This document shows, one piece after another, positions 59,804-64,000 of a DNA stretch of 64,000 nucleotides (positions are counted from its first letter, which is position 1; the number at the start of each line of letters is the position of its first letter). The notes beneath the pieces were generated by a model. It saw only the letters and a list, made by a program, of their open reading frames with translations, made no database searches and was not told the origin of the DNA. The position numbers were made by a program, and so were the translations under genes. Source of the DNA: Saccharolobus solfataricus P2. GTDB taxonomy: Archaea > Thermoproteota > Thermoprotei_A > Sulfolobales > Sulfolobaceae. The stretch lies in NCBI RefSeq assembly GCF_000007005.1, contig NC_002754.1; one strand, 5' to 3'.

Positions 59804-60391
59804 CTAGTCTAGCTTAAAACCTTTTGATCTCATCTTATTTAATATCTCCTCTAAGAGACTAGAAGTATATTGAGATGTACGCTTTATAACACTCCACTCG
59901 TACTCTAGAATTCTAACAAGTTTTTCCAAATCTTCACCTTTGTATATATCTAATCTAGTATAATTCACTAGAAAATCAACCGAAATGTAATCTCCCCTAT
60001 TATATGCTCTAGTTAAGTTAGAATTTATTTCCAAATCTAGCGGATTTATGGTAAATATTGACGGATCAGTACTAGAAGTTTTCATACACTCAGCGTAAAT
60101 GACATTCAGATTCTTGAGAACTGGAACGTTATAATCACTATCTATACTAAAGGTTAGTTTATCTAGCATGGAAAGGATGAAAAACGTTGTATCTAAGGTT
60201 ACATGTATAGAACATTTATTATTTTTTTCAAGATTAGAATAAGTTAGTGTGCTCTTGTATATTTTAGACCTAAGTTCATTTGCTTCAACTATTATGCCAA
60301 GTGGTTTTATTATAGGTTTTATCCCTGAAGTACCAACTAACACTTCGTATATTCCATCATGAGGAAAGAACATTTTTAAAAACTTCTTCAT
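59804..60391 (-). CDS. DUF447 family protein (split-barrel)
   Basis: GIYEVLVGT...PLGI...TYSNL and AYNRG pattern. Confidence 0.6.
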   Translation of the reverse strand: MKKFLKMFFPHDGIYEVLVGTSGIKPIIKPLGIIVEANELRSKIYKSTLTYSNLEKNNKCSIHVTLDTTFFILSMLDKLTFSIDSDYNVPVLKNLNVIYAECMKTSSTDPSIFTINPLDLEINSNLTRAYNRGDYISVDFLVNYTRLDIYKGEDLEKLVRILEYEWSVIKRTSQYTSSLLEEILNKMRSKGFKLD

Positions 60392-60400
60392 AAATGACTT

Positions 60401-61867
60401 GTGCTATTGCATTATCTAAAAACCTTATCTAATTACGGTGAAATAATAACGGGATCGAAGAATGAAACAAAATTAGTGAAAGAAATTAGAAAAATACTAG
60501 AAGATAATAGTGACGAAATTAGATTAATCCCAATTAGAGTGCTCAATTGGGAACAGAAAGAACTAATATTTGAATGCGAGTCAAAATTGATAGATGCCAT
60601 TTCGCTACCCTATTCTTTGTCTACCGAGATTGAAGCAGATGTAGTAGATAACTTTAAAGATTGTAATGGTAGAAATTTAATTAAAGTTAGAATCCAAAAT
60701 CTCTATGAAATAAATAAATTGTATATAGAGGCAGTAGAGAATAATTGTTTAGGAATTATCTTTTCACTAGACAATGAGAAAAGAAAATTCATGATAAAGT
60801 ACGGAGATCTTCTAAGTCATAAACCCAGTTATCCACCACCAATACCAGCATTTTATGTTAAAGAGAACGATTTTCCCTATATAAAGGGTAAGTGCAGAAT
60901 CTCGCTGAAAACTGACTTAAACCCTTTTGCGACAGGTTATATCGTAGAAGCCATAAGAAATTCTAGAAATGAAAATAAAATAATACATATTACTGCACAT
61001 CACGATCATTGGTTTATAGGGGAGAGAGACAATCTTTTAGCAGTAGCTTTATTAAGACAATTTAGGTCTAATATCTATGAAACCCATTTAATCTCATTTA
61101 CTGCAGAAGAATCCGGCTCTTTCAATTTCTCAACATTCTCATGGTCTCACGGTTCTAGAGAATTTTTGAAAAATTACAAAAACGTTGATGATATTCTGCT
61201 TAACATCAACATGGATAATATAAGTGAGGAAAGTTTAGTTTTAAAAACTGTACCTGGACTTCTAGAACTCTCTAGAAAATACTTTAAAAACGTTGTTGAA
61301 AGTCCAGAAATTTATAGCGATGGGTATTCATACATAAAAGCTGGAATTCCAAGCATTACAATAGAGAGTTTAGGAAATATCCACTATCATGGGGAATACG
61401 ATATTATAGAAACTGATAAACCAAATGTATTTTCAAATGTAACTACAATATTAGATACAATTAATAAAATAATTAATGAAAATATAGAGTATAAAACACA
61501 TGAAATGAGAGACCAACTTAAAAACAATCTTTGGGAATTACCAGCAGAACTAAAATCATACTTAGTGAATGTGAAGGACATACTCGATAAAAATTATACG
61601 GAGGTGTATAGAAAAATAGTAAAATTATACGGAGGCATACTAGCGTTTAATCAACCTTATTCTAAAGTTGAATTATTTCACAAAATTAAGGGACTAAATA
61701 TAGCAAGAAAAAATGATGTTTGTATTGAGGATCTAGGATGTATTAAGAGACTAAGAAATGATGAAATATATAATAGGTTTTACTTATATTATATTAATGA
61801 ATTAAAGGAATTAATAACTACAGAATATATTAATCAGCTTTATTTTATATTAAAGAAATTCTTCTAA
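60401..61867 (+). CDS. M28 family zinc peptidase with PA-like domain
   Basis: ITAHHDHW, DN, FTAEESG, NMD, SDGYSY, HYH motifs. Confidence 0.75.
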   Translation: MLLHYLKTLSNYGEIITGSKNETKLVKEIRKILEDNSDEIRLIPIRVLNWEQKELIFECESKLIDAISLPYSLSTEIEADVVDNFKDCNGRNLIKVRIQNLYEINKLYIEAVENNCLGIIFSLDNEKRKFMIKYGDLLSHKPSYPPPIPAFYVKENDFPYIKGKCRISLKTDLNPFATGYIVEAIRNSRNENKIIHITAHHDHWFIGERDNLLAVALLRQFRSNIYETHLISFTAEESGSFNFSTFSWSHGSREFLKNYKNVDDILLNINMDNISEESLVLKTVPGLLELSRKYFKNVVESPEIYSDGYSYIKAGIPSITIESLGNIHYHGEYDIIETDKPNVFSNVTTILDTINKIINENIEYKTHEMRDQLKNNLWELPAELKSYLVNVKDILDKNYTEVYRKIVKLYGGILAFNQPYSKVELFHKIKGLNIARKNDVCIEDLGCIKRLRNDEIYNRFYLYYINELKELITTEYINQLYFILKKFF

Positions 61868-62578
61868 TTGCTTAAGACTGGATAACACGAAGTCTGCATA
61901 AAGTTCGGCGTCCTTCACTTTACCTTCTCTGTCTATTAGCACACTAATCATATTAGCCTTCTTAGCTGCTAAACAATCTTTTACTGGTTCATCTCCCACA
62001 AAAACACACGAACTAGGCTCCACTGAAAGCTTTTCGCATGATATTATAAACGGCTCTAGATTAGGCTTTGGTCTAATACCCCCCTCTCCAGCTATCAATA
62101 TCAAATCGAATTTATCTATTAAAGGAAAAGTTCTTAATCTACTACTTTTATTCCCGCCTTCTCCATCACTATTTGTAACTAGACCAAGTTTATATCCCTT
62201 ACTATCTAGATATTCTATTATTTCCTTTGCATCTTCATAAGGTTCAGTTTGACTTGCAATTGACCAATACAAACTAGTCCAATCATAGAGCTGAGACTTA
62301 TCTATGTGAACGATGTTTAATGATTTTAGAATATTTTCCCACCATTTATTTCTATTATACTCTCCTTGACTATCTAATTTCCGACTTTCCTCTTCTACTA
62401 ATTTTCTAATTATATTTATGTTAATCTCTTGTTGATAATTTTCCTTTATGTAAGTATATATATCCTTACTTACTGCATCTAATGCCTCTTTCGCCTTAGA
62501 ACTAAAGTCAACTAATGTATCATCAAAATCAAAAAGCACTGCCTTTACATTGTTAAATAATTTGTAATTAATTGACAA
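61850..62578 (-). CDS. HAD-superfamily hydrolase
   Basis: FDFDDTL, LVTNSD, KP, FVGDEPVKD. Confidence 0.9.
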   Translation of the reverse strand: MSINYKLFNNVKAVLFDFDDTLVDFSSKAKEALDAVSKDIYTYIKENYQQEININIIRKLVEEESRKLDSQGEYNRNKWWENILKSLNIVHIDKSQLYDWTSLYWSIASQTEPYEDAKEIIEYLDSKGYKLGLVTNSDGEGGNKSSRLRTFPLIDKFDLILIAGEGGIRPKPNLEPFIISCEKLSVEPSSCVFVGDEPVKDCLAAKKANMISVLIDREGKVKDAELYADFVLSSLKQLEEFL

Positions 62579-62584
62579 TTTGAC

Positions 62585-64000
62585 TCACGACAAGAAATCT
62601 TCCACTTTTGGCAATTCTTTAGGTAACCCTTTCCTCTCTCTAATCTTAGTAACTACATCCAGTAAGATACTATCTGGAACTGGAGCCCATCTGCTAAACT
62701 CAGTACCCCAGAATGCTCTACCTCCAGTGGAACCTCTTAGCTCACTTGCCATATCATATGACTCCGAAACGGGGATCTCAGCAGTTATCCTAGACATGTT
62801 AGCTATTTGAGAAACATCAAGGATTTTACCTCTTTTTCTAGTTATGACTGCAGTGACGTTGCCTATAAGATCTGCAGGTACTCTTATATCTAGTTTCTGT
62901 ATTGGCTCTAGTAAAGTCGGCCTTGAAGTTAAGAATCCAGCAAATATAGAGTTTCTAACTGCAGGATATATCTGTGCTGGTCCTCTATGGGCTGGATCTT
63001 CGTGTATTACAGCATCATGTAGGATAACCTTAACTCCCCTAATTGGCTCATGAGCTAAAGGACCTTCTTTCATAGCTAACCTAAATCCTTGAAGTACTGT
63101 ATCCATAACTTCCCTCAAGTGCTGCACGCCACTAGTTAAATCTACAAACACGTTAACGTTTTCATCTATTGCAATAATCCTCTTAGCCTCATCATAGTCC
63201 CAACTGGCTTCATCTCTTAATATCTTTGCCATTTCTTTGCTATCCATATCCTCCCTTATCGTACCATTACTTATTAGCTCTATAGTCTTGTCATTCAAAG
63301 GCTCTACACTCAAATAGAACTTATTATGCTTATTTGGAGACTTCCCTTCAAATACTTGACTCTTGGCTCTTATACTTTCCCTATAAACAACAATTGGCGG
63401 AGTAGTAACTACATCAATACCGTAATTTTCACGTAATAATTGTAATGATACCTCCAAATGTAAGAAACCCATTCCAGATAGCAAGTATTCTCCAGTTTCT
63501 TCATTTATCTTAACCACTAAGTTTGGATCTTCGATACTAAGCTTCCTCAATGCATCAATCATCTTAGTTAAATCTTTAGGATTCTTAGGCTCTACAGCTA
63601 TAGTAACCACGGGCTCAGATATGTAATGTAATCTTTCAAAACTTCCTTGGACATTACTGAAACCAACAGAAATTGCTGTCTCTCCGGATCTGGCCCTGTC
63701 TAAACCTAATACTGCCGCAATATTGCCTGCTGGAATTTCCTCCGCAAGTTCTCTAGTTGGACCCATGTATAAGCTTACTTGAAGTATCCTCTGTGAAGTC
63801 TTAGCGTTAACTAACCATAATTCCTCACCAGATCTAAGGGTACCTGAGAATACTCTACCTGTTGCCACTAACCCTGCATGAGGATCAACCTTCATATCGG
63901 TTATCATAAATACTATGGGACCATTCGGATCAGCATTTAACATTGCTTTAGCTAATTCATTATCTAGATCCCCTTTCCAGATTTTTGGAATCCTATACTT
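62585..64000 (-). CDS. fusA: translation elongation factor 2, 3' part (5' end outside window)
   Basis: [29 protein letters not shown] (diphthamide His), [10 protein letters not shown]. Frame continues to the window edge. Confidence 0.97.

Overview
AT-rich archaeal core-genome window. Gene content, GGTGA-type Shine-Dalgarno motifs and ribosomal protein sequences point to Sulfolobales, most like Saccharolobus solfataricus. From left to right it holds: the 3' part of carB with argX; a mixed metabolic and RNA-metabolism region (translin, radical SAM, 3-hydroxypropionyl-CoA dehydratase, ctaB, hom, NikR-like regulator, TldD/TldE, birA, sua5, orphan nuoB, glycerate kinase, DtxR-like regulator, mob/moe genes, dph6, two glycosyltransferases, split glutamate synthase); tRNA-Gly(CCC) and tRNA-Phe(GAA) flanking a MacB-type ABC exporter operon; archaemetzincin and archease; the Ced DNA-import genes cedA1-cedA-cedA2; the S10-spc ribosomal protein superoperon with secY, adk and cmk; ileS, leuB and the 3' part of EF-2. 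I found no CRISPR array, integrase or intact IS. The signals not in the ORF track are: three box C/D sRNAs (one with a guide complementary to the 16S anti-SD 3' end, one with two guides for neighbouring 16S sites); a structured RNA candidate ending in ACA beside tRNA-Phe; an ileS gene whose HIGH motif lies upstream of any in-frame canonical start codon; the genes rps14 and cedA2; and two lysine-rich micro-ORFs. rRNA target assignments come from recalled sequences and need checking by alignment.
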